Shown here one piece after another: positions 1 to 9,127 of a DNA stretch of 64,000 nt. The stretch covers positions 32,001-96,000 of the IMG/VR virus record IMGVR_UViG_3300028914_000064. One strand, written 5' to 3'. Position numbers and translations under genes: made by a program. The notes beneath the pieces are model-generated. The model was not told the DNA's origin. It worked only from the letters and a program-made list of their open reading frames with translations, and ran no database searches. The stretch's first letter is position 1, and every line of letters starts with the position of its first letter. Source of the DNA: a virus (Duplodnaviria; Caudoviricetes).

Positions 1-37
1 TAATATATATTTTTATTAATCAAAGGAGAATGTAAAG

Positions 38-835
38 ATGAGTATCAACATCGCTATTGCAAATCAAAAAGGGGGAGTAGGAAAAACAACGACTACAATT
101 ATCTTAGCTGATGCGTTAAAGCATTTTGGGTTAAAGGTACTTGCAATCGATCTAGATCCACAGTGTAATACGACGGACACATATGGAGCAAAAATGGATG
201 ATGTAAACACTATTTATGATGTTCTTGATGGAGAATGTAAAACGGAAGATGCAATCCAAAAATTAGTACTTGGAGACATTATTCCGGGTGATAAACTTCT
301 CGCGGACAATCTAGACCATTTTAATGCTAAGATGTCACGTGAGTTACTTCTAAAAAAGAAATTAAAGGAAGTAGAAAAAAAATATGATTTTGTTATTATT
401 GACACTCCTCCTACACTAGGTTTATATATGATAAATGCACTTGCTGCTTCAAGTGGCTGTGTTATTCCTTTAAAGGCAGAGCGTTATTCCGTTAGTGGTC
501 TTGGAGAACTTTTTTCAACAATAAAGAACATAAAAGAAGCTGGTGTTAATGAAGACCTTCGTGTCTATGGTACACTGATAACTAATTTTGATACAAGAAA
601 TGATCTTGATAGAAGACTTAAAATGGAGCTTCCTGAAACAGCACTTCAGTATAATTTTAGAAATTTCAATTCCTATATACGAATCTGTCAAGATATCAAG
701 AAATCACAAAATCTTGATTTTGAGGAAAATGAGACTATAAATCGTTCTTTGTTTGATAATTTCCCAAACAGTAATGCGGCTGAAGATTATGTTAGATTTA
801 CAAAAGAGTTGTTGGAGGTAATCAAAAATGGCTAA
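38..835 (+). CDS. parA: ParA/Soj family partition ATPase
   Basis: Deviant Walker A NQKGGVGKTT, IDLDPQCN, Walker B IIDTPP; SD AAGGAG upstream. Confidence 0.95.
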   Translation: MSINIAIANQKGGVGKTTTTIILADALKHFGLKVLAIDLDPQCNTTDTYGAKMDDVNTIYDVLDGECKTEDAIQKLVLGDIIPGDKLLADNLDHFNAKMSRELLLKKKLKEVEKKYDFVIIDTPPTLGLYMINALAASSGCVIPLKAERYSVSGLGELFSTIKNIKEAGVNEDLRVYGTLITNFDTRNDLDRRLKMELPETALQYNFRNFNSYIRICQDIKKSQNLDFEENETINRSLFDNFPNSNAAEDYVRFTKELLEVIKNG

Positions 836-1184
836 ATCAACTAAAACAAGTAATCTATTCTCAGGTTTTAATCCTCCTACATTTTCTTCAACTATATCAG
901 AAGAGGTAGAGGAAAAGATTTCAAAAGAAATTCCAGAAGTAGTATCTGAGAAAAAAGTTGTTGTAGAAGAGAAGAAAGAAATTGTGAAGAAAAAGCCTTC
1001 TGCACAGCAATTTGTATTTAAGAGAGGTCGTCCAAAAGAACTTGTTGGAAAACAACATCTTTATTCCGCAAGAATAAATGAAGATTTATTTAAACTTGCG
1101 AAGAAAACTGCTGAAAAAAATTTTGATAATAGTGTAAATGCATATCTTAATTATTTGATTGCGAAAGATCAAGGGTTGATGTGA
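828..1184 (+). CDS. Small partition partner, probably a ribbon-helix-helix centromere-binding protein (type Ib)
   Basis: Overlaps parA stop; charged N-terminus, KRGRPK motif, C-terminal beta-helix-helix pattern (YSARINEDLF...SVNAYLNYLI). Confidence 0.65.
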   Translation: MAKSTKTSNLFSGFNPPTFSSTISEEVEEKISKEIPEVVSEKKVVVEEKKEIVKKKPSAQQFVFKRGRPKELVGKQHLYSARINEDLFKLAKKTAEKNFDNSVNAYLNYLIAKDQGLM

Positions 1185-1208
1185 TGTTATATCAGTTTTT
1201 TGAGATAT

Positions 1209-1315
1209 TTGACTATCATAAAATTTTTGTTATAAAATTCTAAGGTAAAGAAATGATGTATCTGGATTAACAAGACAACAAAAGAGCTAGGAGTTACCGC
1301 TTCTAGCTCTTTTTA
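1209..1315 (+). ncRNA. Putative small RNA, paralog of the adjacent type I antitoxin with no toxin ORF (promoter through terminator)
   Basis: TTGACT at 1209 with TG-n-TATAAA -10, TAAGG start, hairpin AAAAGAGCTAGGAG-ttaccg-CTTCTAGCTCTTTTT; same layout as 1403-1506. Confidence 0.55.
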
Positions 1316-1402
1316 TCCATTTTGGTTAAGACTGTTTATGTTTTAAGTTCTTTATTCTCAATAGTTATAAAAGGGGATATTAATTAAAAAATATAAATTA
1401 TA

Positions 1403-1506
1403 TTGACTATAAGAAAACTTTTGCTATAATGAATTTAAGGCAAGCGATATGATTGGTAATCGTGATGACAAAAGACCTAGAGAGTCACATTCTCTAGGTC
1501 TTTTTA
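1403..1506 (+). ncRNA. Type I antitoxin sRNA for Fst-like toxin (promoter through terminator)
   Basis: TTGACT-16-TATAAT with extended TG; terminator AAAAGACCTAGAGAG...TTCTCTAGGTCTTTT; CGTGATGACA (1461-1470) is directly repeated over the toxin start region (1632-1641). Confidence 0.7.
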
Positions 1507-1547
1507 TTCCATTTAGGCAGGGCGGATTAAACCCTAGGCTAGTTGCC

Positions 1548-1637
1548 TTAATAGTTTCCATCTAACCATTTGCAAATGTAGTAAGCTACTATACTTGCCA
1601 TAATGGAAACAAAAAACGATATGAGTAAGTCCGTGAT
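1548..1637 (-). CDS. Fst-like type I toxin, 29 aa (xTDLLISFFVSIMASIVAYYICKWLDGNY), probable ATC start
   Basis: Manual translation; single TM helix followed by KWLD; SD AAAGGGGGTG; convergent with sRNA. Confidence 0.75.
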   Translation of the reverse strand: MTDLLISFFVSIMASIVAYYICKWLDGNY

Positions 1638-1834
1638 GACACACCCCCTTTCTTGGCCAATATAGAGGGCGGCAACGTTTAAGATTATAACATAATAATA
1701 TTATTATCAAAAGTTATAAAAAGGGATTTTTTTTTGGATTTTTCATAGAAAGGGAGGGTTACACATTCCTACTTTGTGCAACCCTCTAAGACAATTTTCA
1801 CTATTCAATTTATATTATATCATTTTTCAGTATA

Positions 1835-2008
1835 TTATGTTGACCTATATTTTAAAAATTTTTGCTCGTATATTTCATCCCATTCATCATCGAGGATCCA
1901 ATCATCATCCGAAGGAATATCTTCGATTTTTATAGCGTTTTTGTGTAATAATTCTCTGTTCTCTTTAAGAAACTCCTTATAATCTTCAACAGATCTTATA
2001 TTAGCCAT
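1835..2008 (-). CDS. Hypothetical acidic protein (57 aa)
   Basis: ORF track; start moved to the ATG after SD AGGAGTG. Confidence 0.6.
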   Translation of the reverse strand: MANIRSVEDYKEFLKENRELLHKNAIKIEDIPSDDDWILDDEWDEIYEQKFLKYRST

Positions 2009-2176
2009 AGAATCACTCCTTTCTATCACGCAATACAATTGTATTATTTTTTTAAAAGATAACAATACTATTTTATTGACAATAGTTGTTGTTATTAATT
2101 GTTATTAATAACAACATATATTAATTCTTTTATATTAGGAGGCTTATAAATCGCATGGTTGAGCCATTTCTTATGT

Positions 2177-2490
2177 TGAATTTCCTAGAATTTGGGTATG
2201 AATTTCCTAGAATTCGGGTATGAGTTTCCTAGAATTTGGGTATGAATTTCCTAGAATCTAGAACAAAAAATGGCATAAAAAAACACCCCAATTTCCTAGA
2301 ATTTGGGTGTGACTTTCCTAGAAATCGGAATGTATCTCCTAGAATTTAGAATCGTTTCCTAGAATTTAGAACATTTTAAAAAAGGCCGTATTTATGGGGA
2401 ATTTTAAAAATAATAAAAATTCTGTTTTCTAGGAGATTTTACGGAATGTTTTATTTACTAAGCTTTAAAATATTCTATATTCTAGGAGAG
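2177..2490. repeat. Iteron array / plasmid replication origin
   Basis: Four tandem 22-bp units TGAATTTCCTAGAATTTGGGTA (2177-2264), four more TCCTAGAA cores (2290-2372), inverted TTCTAGGAGA copies near 2427 and 2480; directly upstream of rep. Confidence 0.9.
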
Positions 2491-2597
2491 TAATTTTCTG
2501 GATTCTAGTACATTGCCAAATTCCCTATAAAAATGGGATTGACAGTTTATTTTTTTTTAATTACAATTAAAAGAACTGAGAGAGGGGCGGTATAATC

Positions 2598-3839
2598 ATG
2601 GGGCGAGAAAAGACACAAGATAGTATCACTGAAATTCTTTCAAGTAAAAAATATACAAAATCTAATGCTTTGGTCAATGCGAAAGGGAAGGCTGGATTGT
2701 TAGCTGAAAAACTTTTTGCTGTAGGAATTCAACGAGCAGTTGAAGATGAAAAGACCGGCATTCTTACAACAACAATCCGAGGAATAGAACTAAAGAAAAT
2801 ATTTCAAACTAATAGAGGATCTTTTTATGCTGATGTCAGTGCTTTAGTAGATCCTCCGACGAATGATTCTCCCTCTTTACTTGATTGGAGAATCATCTAT
2901 AAGGACGATAACTCACAAACTATTGAAGCAATGAATGTTATTACGGATTGCTCTTTTAAAAAAGGTGTTTTCGAGATAAGATTTAATAGCAAGATTACTC
3001 CACAAGTAAGAAGATTACAAGCGAATTATACTGTTTTTTCACTTGCAGATACGATGCCATTAAAAAGTATCTATTCGTTTAAGCTGTATGAAATTTTAAA
3101 GTCTGAATATGATAAACAGGACTACGTAGCAAAGAAAGAAGAATCTTGGCAGCCTAATGCTGTTTATATAATGGACATGCATATAGTAGACTTAAAATTA
3201 AGAGTAGGAGTTATTGATAGTTCATGGAGTAGTGAGATATCAGAAGAACTTAGAAAATTAGAGCCAAATTATGATATTATTGAAAAGATAGTAGACGAAC
3301 AGCTAAAGAACGAAGGAGTTATTGATAAAAACAAGAAAACTTATAAAAGTTATAAGAGGATAGATAATTTTAAAAAAAATGTTCTTGATAGAGCAAGAGA
3401 TGAATTAAAAGAAAAAACGTCCATTAAGTTTGAATATAAAAATTTAACAGGTGGACCTGGAGGAAAAATAAATGGCATAAGATTTTTTATTTCTCGGAAC
3501 ACAAAAGACTCTGACAATATTGAAATTAGTGAGAATCCGAAAGAAGCTTTATCGAAAGAAGAAAAATTTGAAATACTTGATTCTATTGCTGATATTATAG
3601 GAGACTCATTCTCATACAAAGAAATCAAAATAATTGCTGAAAAATCTGAATATAATATTGAGAAAGTTAAAAGCGCTTATAATGTTATGAGACAAAGTAA
3701 AACAAGAATAGATAACCCAATAGCATGGATGATAAGTGCTATAGAAAATAATTATCAGAACAAAAATAATAGTTTCAGCAATTTTAAGCAGAACACTTAT
3801 GATTTTGCAAAATTGGAAGAGCAGCTTTTGGAAAATTAA
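2598..3839 (+). CDS. Rep_3 (RepB/RepA-type) plasmid replication initiator
   Basis: KSNALVNA, LKSIYSFKLYEILKS, FKKNVLDRARDEL, GGKINGIRF motifs; C-terminal FSNFKQNTYDFAKLEEQLL tail typical of clostridial replication proteins. Confidence 0.9.
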   Translation: MGREKTQDSITEILSSKKYTKSNALVNAKGKAGLLAEKLFAVGIQRAVEDEKTGILTTTIRGIELKKIFQTNRGSFYADVSALVDPPTNDSPSLLDWRIIYKDDNSQTIEAMNVITDCSFKKGVFEIRFNSKITPQVRRLQANYTVFSLADTMPLKSIYSFKLYEILKSEYDKQDYVAKKEESWQPNAVYIMDMHIVDLKLRVGVIDSSWSSEISEELRKLEPNYDIIEKIVDEQLKNEGVIDKNKKTYKSYKRIDNFKKNVLDRARDELKEKTSIKFEYKNLTGGPGGKINGIRFFISRNTKDSDNIEISENPKEALSKEEKFEILDSIADIIGDSFSYKEIKIIAEKSEYNIEKVKSAYNVMRQSKTRIDNPIAWMISAIENNYQNKNNSFSNFKQNTYDFAKLEEQLLEN

Positions 3840-3973
3840 AATTGTTAAATCATTTAAAGGGAAAAGCAAATAGATAGTTGTTGTTTTTGCTGATTCTCAA
3901 TCATTATATATCTAAATTAAAATCATTATTTTTATTTATTATAAGTTCCCAAAAAACATAATCGGAGGAAAAC

Positions 3974-5452
3974 ATGTACGGACCGCATACAAAGGAAGAC
4001 TTCAAGCTTTTTCTCAAAGATGTAGAGGACTGTAAGAGATTAAGTGGAAAATCGGAATATGATTTTAGATTAAGAAGAAGGACATTAAATGTTGTTTGGA
4101 TGATTACTGATTCTCTTAGAGAGATTCCATTTGAAGAACTAATGAGTAATATGTATTTTAAATGTTCCGATGATATGAAACCAATCTTAAATTTTTATGA
4201 AGACTGTCTTATTGATAGCAAACTTAATAATGATCAATTTAGATTGAAATTACATGATCGATTATTGGTTTTTCGTGATAAGATTAAAGCTGAGCACAAG
4301 CAATGTATTTTAGTTGAATTTTTTAACATATTGACACAAGCTTGTATAAGAAAAGATTATTCTAAACCTATAATTAAAAAGATATTCAGTGCATATCTTT
4401 CTTTAGTACAACAAAGCATTACATATTTTTATGATGATATTCATAAATATTTTTATGCAGTAAAAGATGATGGAACATTTTTAACAATAGATGATCCTTG
4501 GCCTATGATTGATTGGGCTCATGAAGAGTATGCTGATAAGACATTTAAAAGCATAGTAGAAGGAAAGGAAATTGATACAAAAAGGCTATTAGAAGAAACT
4601 AAGAAGAGATATGCGAAATATGGAATGATAGTTCATGATGTCGAAGATATGATCCAGATAAGCACGATTTCTAATAATTTTGGAAATGTAACAGCGTCTA
4701 TGGCTTATTATATGTCTGAGCAGACCAAGGATATGCTTCCTCAAAATGAAGTGGGGCTTAAAATTGAAAGCAATCCAAAAAAATGGTTGAATACAGAGTA
4801 TTATAAAGAGAGACTGCTTAAGAGAAATTTTGCATTGCCCGGATGCATAAAAACAACATGTGAATTTGCGGGAGATATTAAGGAAGTATATTTTAGAGAA
4901 GTTATCAAAGATGACAATGTTGTTATGCTTTATAGAGTAGTGACAAAAACTAGGGGAGAATATTCGGATATTCCAGGTTATTATATTCCTAATGAAAAGT
5001 TTATGTTTTTGTATTACAACGTTGCTGAAGGAGCAAGAGAAGAAAGTTCAATTATAGAAAATTTTATCTTGGAATTATATTTTCTTCTTACTGTTAGGCG
5101 TACTGAAGAAGAAAAACAAATGAAACCTTATTCGTTACCACTTATTGCAGAAGAGTATGAAGATGTTTATAAGGAACCAAGATGGAAAAATCAACCGATA
5201 ATATCCTTCTCTTTATATGGGCGAGAAGAAAAGAAAGGAAGGGAACAAAAAAGAGCGTATAAACAAGGTGTTTATGAATATGATGATGCCAAAATTGGAT
5301 GTTTTATAAGAAGATTACCTGTAGGACAGACAGCTTCTTGGGAAGCAATAACAAATGCTGCTAAATATGGGTATGAGCTTGAAAAAGGATATACATTTGT
5401 TACACCATTTGCTAGAAAACAACGTCACATAAAAGTCTTAGGAGGACTATGA
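3974..5452 (+). CDS. Hypothetical phage protein (492 aa)
   Basis: Long ORF with SD GGAGG; no confident family. Confidence 0.85.
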   Translation: MYGPHTKEDFKLFLKDVEDCKRLSGKSEYDFRLRRRTLNVVWMITDSLREIPFEELMSNMYFKCSDDMKPILNFYEDCLIDSKLNNDQFRLKLHDRLLVFRDKIKAEHKQCILVEFFNILTQACIRKDYSKPIIKKIFSAYLSLVQQSITYFYDDIHKYFYAVKDDGTFLTIDDPWPMIDWAHEEYADKTFKSIVEGKEIDTKRLLEETKKRYAKYGMIVHDVEDMIQISTISNNFGNVTASMAYYMSEQTKDMLPQNEVGLKIESNPKKWLNTEYYKERLLKRNFALPGCIKTTCEFAGDIKEVYFREVIKDDNVVMLYRVVTKTRGEYSDIPGYYIPNEKFMFLYYNVAEGAREESSIIENFILELYFLLTVRRTEEEKQMKPYSLPLIAEEYEDVYKEPRWKNQPIISFSLYGREEKKGREQKRAYKQGVYEYDDAKIGCFIRRLPVGQTASWEAITNAAKYGYELEKGYTFVTPFARKQRHIKVLGGL

Positions 5453-5934
5453 AAACAGAGTATATTCATTACGGATTTTCTGAATTGTTACCCATAAAAC
5501 CGATTAGAAATGAAAGAAATTTTTGGAAGCCTCAAGGGGGATTATGGGCAAGCCCAGTAGATTCTCCTTTAAGTTGGAATATATGGTGTGAAAGTAATCA
5601 TTTTAGAAAAAATGAATTAGGGAATTCTTTTATGTTCACATTGAAAAATGATGCTAAGATAATTCATATATATAGTGTGGATGATTTAAAAGGACTACCA
5701 AGACAAACTACTAACATTTCATTTTTTAATGATCATGCTTGTTATTTGGACTTTGAAAAAATTGAAAAAGAATATGATGGTATTGAATTACATCTATCTG
5801 AGGAACGTTTTGGAGATTCAAAAAATGGAGATGGAATTCATTATGGATTATATTTTACGTTGTATGGATGGGATTGTGATTCTATCATACTTTTTCATAA
5901 TAAAGCAATAGAAAAATGGTGGAAATCGCGATAG
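5449..5934 (+). CDS. Conserved hypothetical phage protein (KPxGGLWAS...YDGI...GWDCDS)
   Basis: ATGA overlap with upstream gene, SD GGAGG. Confidence 0.8.
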   Translation: MKTEYIHYGFSELLPIKPIRNERNFWKPQGGLWASPVDSPLSWNIWCESNHFRKNELGNSFMFTLKNDAKIIHIYSVDDLKGLPRQTTNISFFNDHACYLDFEKIEKEYDGIELHLSEERFGDSKNGDGIHYGLYFTLYGWDCDSIILFHNKAIEKWWKSR

Positions 5935-6031
5935 AAGATAAGTAAATCTACATTTTCGTAAAATTTCGGTTTTACGAAAAACTTATGAGGATAAATTTTG
6001 ATTTTATATAATATTATGGAGAGGGAGAAAA

Positions 6032-6313
6032 ATGGAAAAACAGATATATTATGATTTTGCAAGGAATTTAAAGGAAAAGTTAATAAATGAATGTCATGGA
6101 TATGTAAAGACTGAGATTTATCCAGATATTGATACAATAATAATTAAAATTACTTTTAAAGAGTTTGAGTTTCGTTATCCAATAAATGAAATTGCTGATT
6201 CTTTTTATTGCGGATCATCAGATCAGATAGTAAATAAAATAATAGATAAATATAAGAAGGCGATTTTAAAAGGTTTCTTTAAATCAAAAGAAAAGAAAGA
6301 ACAATATATATAA
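6032..6313 (+). CDS. Hypothetical protein
   Basis: ORF with SD GGAG. Confidence 0.75.
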   Translation: MEKQIYYDFARNLKEKLINECHGYVKTEIYPDIDTIIIKITFKEFEFRYPINEIADSFYCGSSDQIVNKIIDKYKKAILKGFFKSKEKKEQYI

Positions 6314-6326
6314 ATTTGAAAGTATT

Positions 6327-6436
6327 TTGAGAAAAATGCATTATGTGTTATAATTTTACAACAAGTGGTAGCAGTACCCTTGAAGTATAAAAAGCAAATA
6401 AAAACCGCTCAACTTCGCAGGGTAGGAGCGGTTTTT
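6327..6436 (+). ncRNA. Putative type I antitoxin sRNA (promoter through terminator)
   Basis: TTGAGA-16-TATAAT with extended TG; hairpin AAAAACCGCTC...GAGCGGTTTTT; antisense to the 3' part of a small hydrophobic ORF. Confidence 0.65.
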
Positions 6437-6529
6437 ATTATTCTCTATAAATTTGAGAACAAGCTCGATAATGTTAATCAAGCAGTTAATCACTGCTACA
6501 ATAGCTGTTACTAACTTGATATAATCCAT
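6356..6529 (-). CDS. Putative type I membrane toxin (MDYIKLVTAIVAVINCLINIIELVLKFIENNKNRS...)
   Basis: Hydrophobic helix plus basic tail, SD GGGAGG, own TATAAT, convergent sRNA. Confidence 0.65.
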   Translation of the reverse strand: MDYIKLVTAIVAVINCLINIIELVLKFIENNKNRSYPAKLSGFYLLFILQGYCYHLL

Positions 6530-6910
6530 ATCGATGCCGTTCCTCCCTATCAATTACTATCAGTTGTATGCATTATATTTTTTTATTTATAATCTTTATT
6601 TTTAAATATTGTTAATAAGATAATATTTGAAAGTATTCGTATTCAATAGTTTTTATATTTTTCATATATCTTTTAGACGTTCAGTCCTCTTCTATCAAGA
6701 TAAAAATCCCATATTATAGTTTATTGAAAAGTTGTTCTTTGTAATTTTTTTTATAATAGAATTTGAGAAAACAACAAAAAAATATTAATTTTATAAAAAA
6801 AAGATATTTTTTTGTATAAAAAAGTGAATATTCTGTCATTTTAGTGTAAAATAAGAAGAACATATAAATTTTAAAGACGGAACATCAAGTTGAGACAAAA
6901 GGAGATAATT

Positions 6911-7432
6911 ATGAGTTTTATCAGATCGATACCGCCAAAAACATTGCACGAACAGTTTGGATTATATCATGGGAATTGGTTCCCTGAAATGGATAGGTCT
7001 TGGGAAGATTTTGATAGAGGTTATTCCGTTTGTTCGAGAATGATAAACACGAAATTTGGGAATGTTGAACATGTTTCAATTGTTAAACATAGAAAAGAAG
7101 GTGAGCCATTAGTAACATTTGATGGAGAAAGAAATCTTACGTGGGCAGAAAAAATGATGATTAAAAATGAGCTTTTTGGAGAAGATCGATTTGCAATAGA
7201 GGTTTTTCCAAAAAAAGAATATCTTGTAGATACTGCTGACACATATCATTTATGGGTATTTAATAAAAAATATGATATGATTTTTGGCATTCATCCAAAA
7301 GAGTATTCAAAGGCAATTAATAGAGGGGTTGCCCCATTGTCTAAGGACGAGCTTACCTTACTTCAGAAAAAATTTGATGAACAAAAAGATAATGGTGTTG
7401 ATTATGAACAACTTTTTAATTATTTATGCTGA
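6911..7432 (+). CDS. Conserved hypothetical phage protein (TW...IKNELFG...AIEVFP...HLW)
   Basis: SD AGGAG before ATG 6911; motif recalled from phage DUF7694-like proteins. Confidence 0.75.
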   Translation: MSFIRSIPPKTLHEQFGLYHGNWFPEMDRSWEDFDRGYSVCSRMINTKFGNVEHVSIVKHRKEGEPLVTFDGERNLTWAEKMMIKNELFGEDRFAIEVFPKKEYLVDTADTYHLWVFNKKYDMIFGIHPKEYSKAINRGVAPLSKDELTLLQKKFDEQKDNGVDYEQLFNYLC

Positions 7433-7946
7433 ACAATTATGTCAAGGGGTTCCAGGAACACTATCTTTTTTATTTAATGTAGCAACAAGGTATAAAAATT
7501 CGAATGAAAAGATAAAAGCTATATCAGGTTTTAGTCGTATGCTAGATAATAAGATAGTGGGTTCAAAACTATATATGTTATGGAATGATTGTCTTAATAG
7601 AGATATAGATAAAACAATATATGTAATGCTGCATGATTCTATAGATGAGATTAATAGGCATATCAATTTTGAAAGCGGAAAAGGAATCCCCTATTTAAGT
7701 AATGAACCAAAACCATATATCAAAGAACATGATGAATGGTGGATCTTTACATTTTTAAATGGTGATTCTGAAAAGGTTGGAAAATGTATAAAAATTAGAG
7801 GAACTTATGGCGAAGCTAGAAATAAAATGGTAAGTCGTTATGGAACTTATTTTGGGTTTCAATATAGTGAAAAAGAATGGGCAGAAAAATGGAATGATCC
7901 CAATAGGGATTATCAAATGGAAGATATTTTAGAGATTATAAAATAA
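7404..7946 (+). CDS. Hypothetical phage protein
   Basis: ORF track, start shortened; start uncertain. Confidence 0.7.
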   Translation: MNNFLIIYAEQLCQGVPGTLSFLFNVATRYKNSNEKIKAISGFSRMLDNKIVGSKLYMLWNDCLNRDIDKTIYVMLHDSIDEINRHINFESGKGIPYLSNEPKPYIKEHDEWWIFTFLNGDSEKVGKCIKIRGTYGEARNKMVSRYGTYFGFQYSEKEWAEKWNDPNRDYQMEDILEIIK

Positions 7947-8013
7947 AACATTTCATAAAAAAAAGAACAATATATATTCCTAAAATCAAACTAGAAAAAG
8001 GGGCAAGAAAAAT

Positions 8014-8415
8014 ATGAGTGGTTTATATAATCTGATATATGGATATAATCCGGCATGTGTTCTATTCCTTCCTATGCTTGGTAGAAAATACGATGAATAT
8101 CCAAGATTTAGAGATTGTTTTATTTTTAAAGAAGATAATAAATATTATATTGATGTTTATACAAGAGTTGGCAGTTGTTATCATAATCAAGGTTATGGGG
8201 AAGAATTATTGTATGAAGATGAAAATTTTGTAAAGACATTTGATGATGACTTTGATCCAACTTATGCTACTTTCAGATTTAATATTCCAAAAAAATGGGA
8301 AAAAGATTTTAGTCTTTTAATCAATGGAAAGAAAGAAGGCTTATCAAAAGAATATTTTATTGAATTAAAGAAACATTATTCTGAGGAATTAATAAGCAAG
8401 TTTTTCCAAAAGTGA
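8014..8415 (+). CDS. Hypothetical phage protein (YPRFRDC...YTRVG)
   Basis: ORF track. Confidence 0.75.
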   Translation: MSGLYNLIYGYNPACVLFLPMLGRKYDEYPRFRDCFIFKEDNKYYIDVYTRVGSCYHNQGYGEELLYEDENFVKTFDDDFDPTYATFRFNIPKKWEKDFSLLINGKKEGLSKEYFIELKKHYSEELISKFFQK

Positions 8416-8458
8416 GAAAATTGAGGAAGTTAAAGATGAATGTAGAAAGGTTATATAA

Positions 8459-8825
8459 ATGATAAAAAATGATAGTTATGAGAATTGGCTTTTAAATACA
8501 GAACATGGAATATATGATTGTACGAATAATGGTAAGTGTAGCGGATGTGGCGACTGTTGTAGCAATATTTTACCTATAACAAAAAAAGAGATTAATGAAA
8601 TAAAGAAATATATAAAAGATTATGGTATTAAAAAACAGGAACATAGATCCTTCTTTTTAAGTGCAGACACGATTGATAAAGTGTACGATTTATCCAGTTC
8701 GTCCTTCTATTTGTAGAATCTTTTTATGTTCTAACGCTGCAAAAAGAGAAATTCATTTAAGTGATGCAGGGAGAAAAAACGTTAATATGAATGAAGTGTT
8801 TTTTGTTGGGAGGATAAATAAATGA
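8459..8825 (+). pseudogene. YkgJ/CxxCxxCC Fe-S/Zn cluster protein, frameshifted by an apparent internal deletion
   Basis: CSGCGDCC in one frame; CTIYPVRPSICR in another frame from about 8682 to TGA 8823-8825; the usual intervening CPF motif is missing. Confidence 0.7.
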
Positions 8826-9127
8826 CATTTGATGAATTTATGGCAAAATATGAAGATCGTTTAAAAGATATATGCAAACCCAAACCAGCAAGTGTTTTTT
8901 ATGAATTGGATGAAAAAGGAGGTATGCATACTAGAATGAAAGGAAGAAATATAGATATTCAATTTGTAGTAGCTATAATAATAAAAGACCTTGTAAAAGA
9001 TTGTAATTTAACTTATGATGAGTATTTTGGTTTGGTAAAAGAATTATCTCGTCATATGAATGATGAAAAAAAAGAAGAGAATAATTCAACTTTTAATAAA
9101 ATGTTTAAAGATTTTTTCGCAAAATAG
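8822..9127 (+). CDS. Hypothetical protein, paralog of 10710..11078
   Basis: Shared KPA...Y..DE.G......KGRN and FN..FKD motifs; SD GGGAGG. Confidence 0.75.
   Translation: MTFDEFMAKYEDRLKDICKPKPASVFYELDEKGGMHTRMKGRNIDIQFVVAIIIKDLVKDCNLTYDEYFGLVKELSRHMNDEKKEENNSTFNKMFKDFFAK

Noticed and set aside
1755-1787. Imperfect hairpin GAGGGTTACACA...TGTGCAACCCTC as another sRNA
   Set aside because: Equally explained as the terminator of the 1835-2008 gene; insufficient support.
2177-2372. Repeats upstream of rep as a CRISPR array
   Set aside because: Contiguous 22-bp units with no unique spacers; these are iterons.
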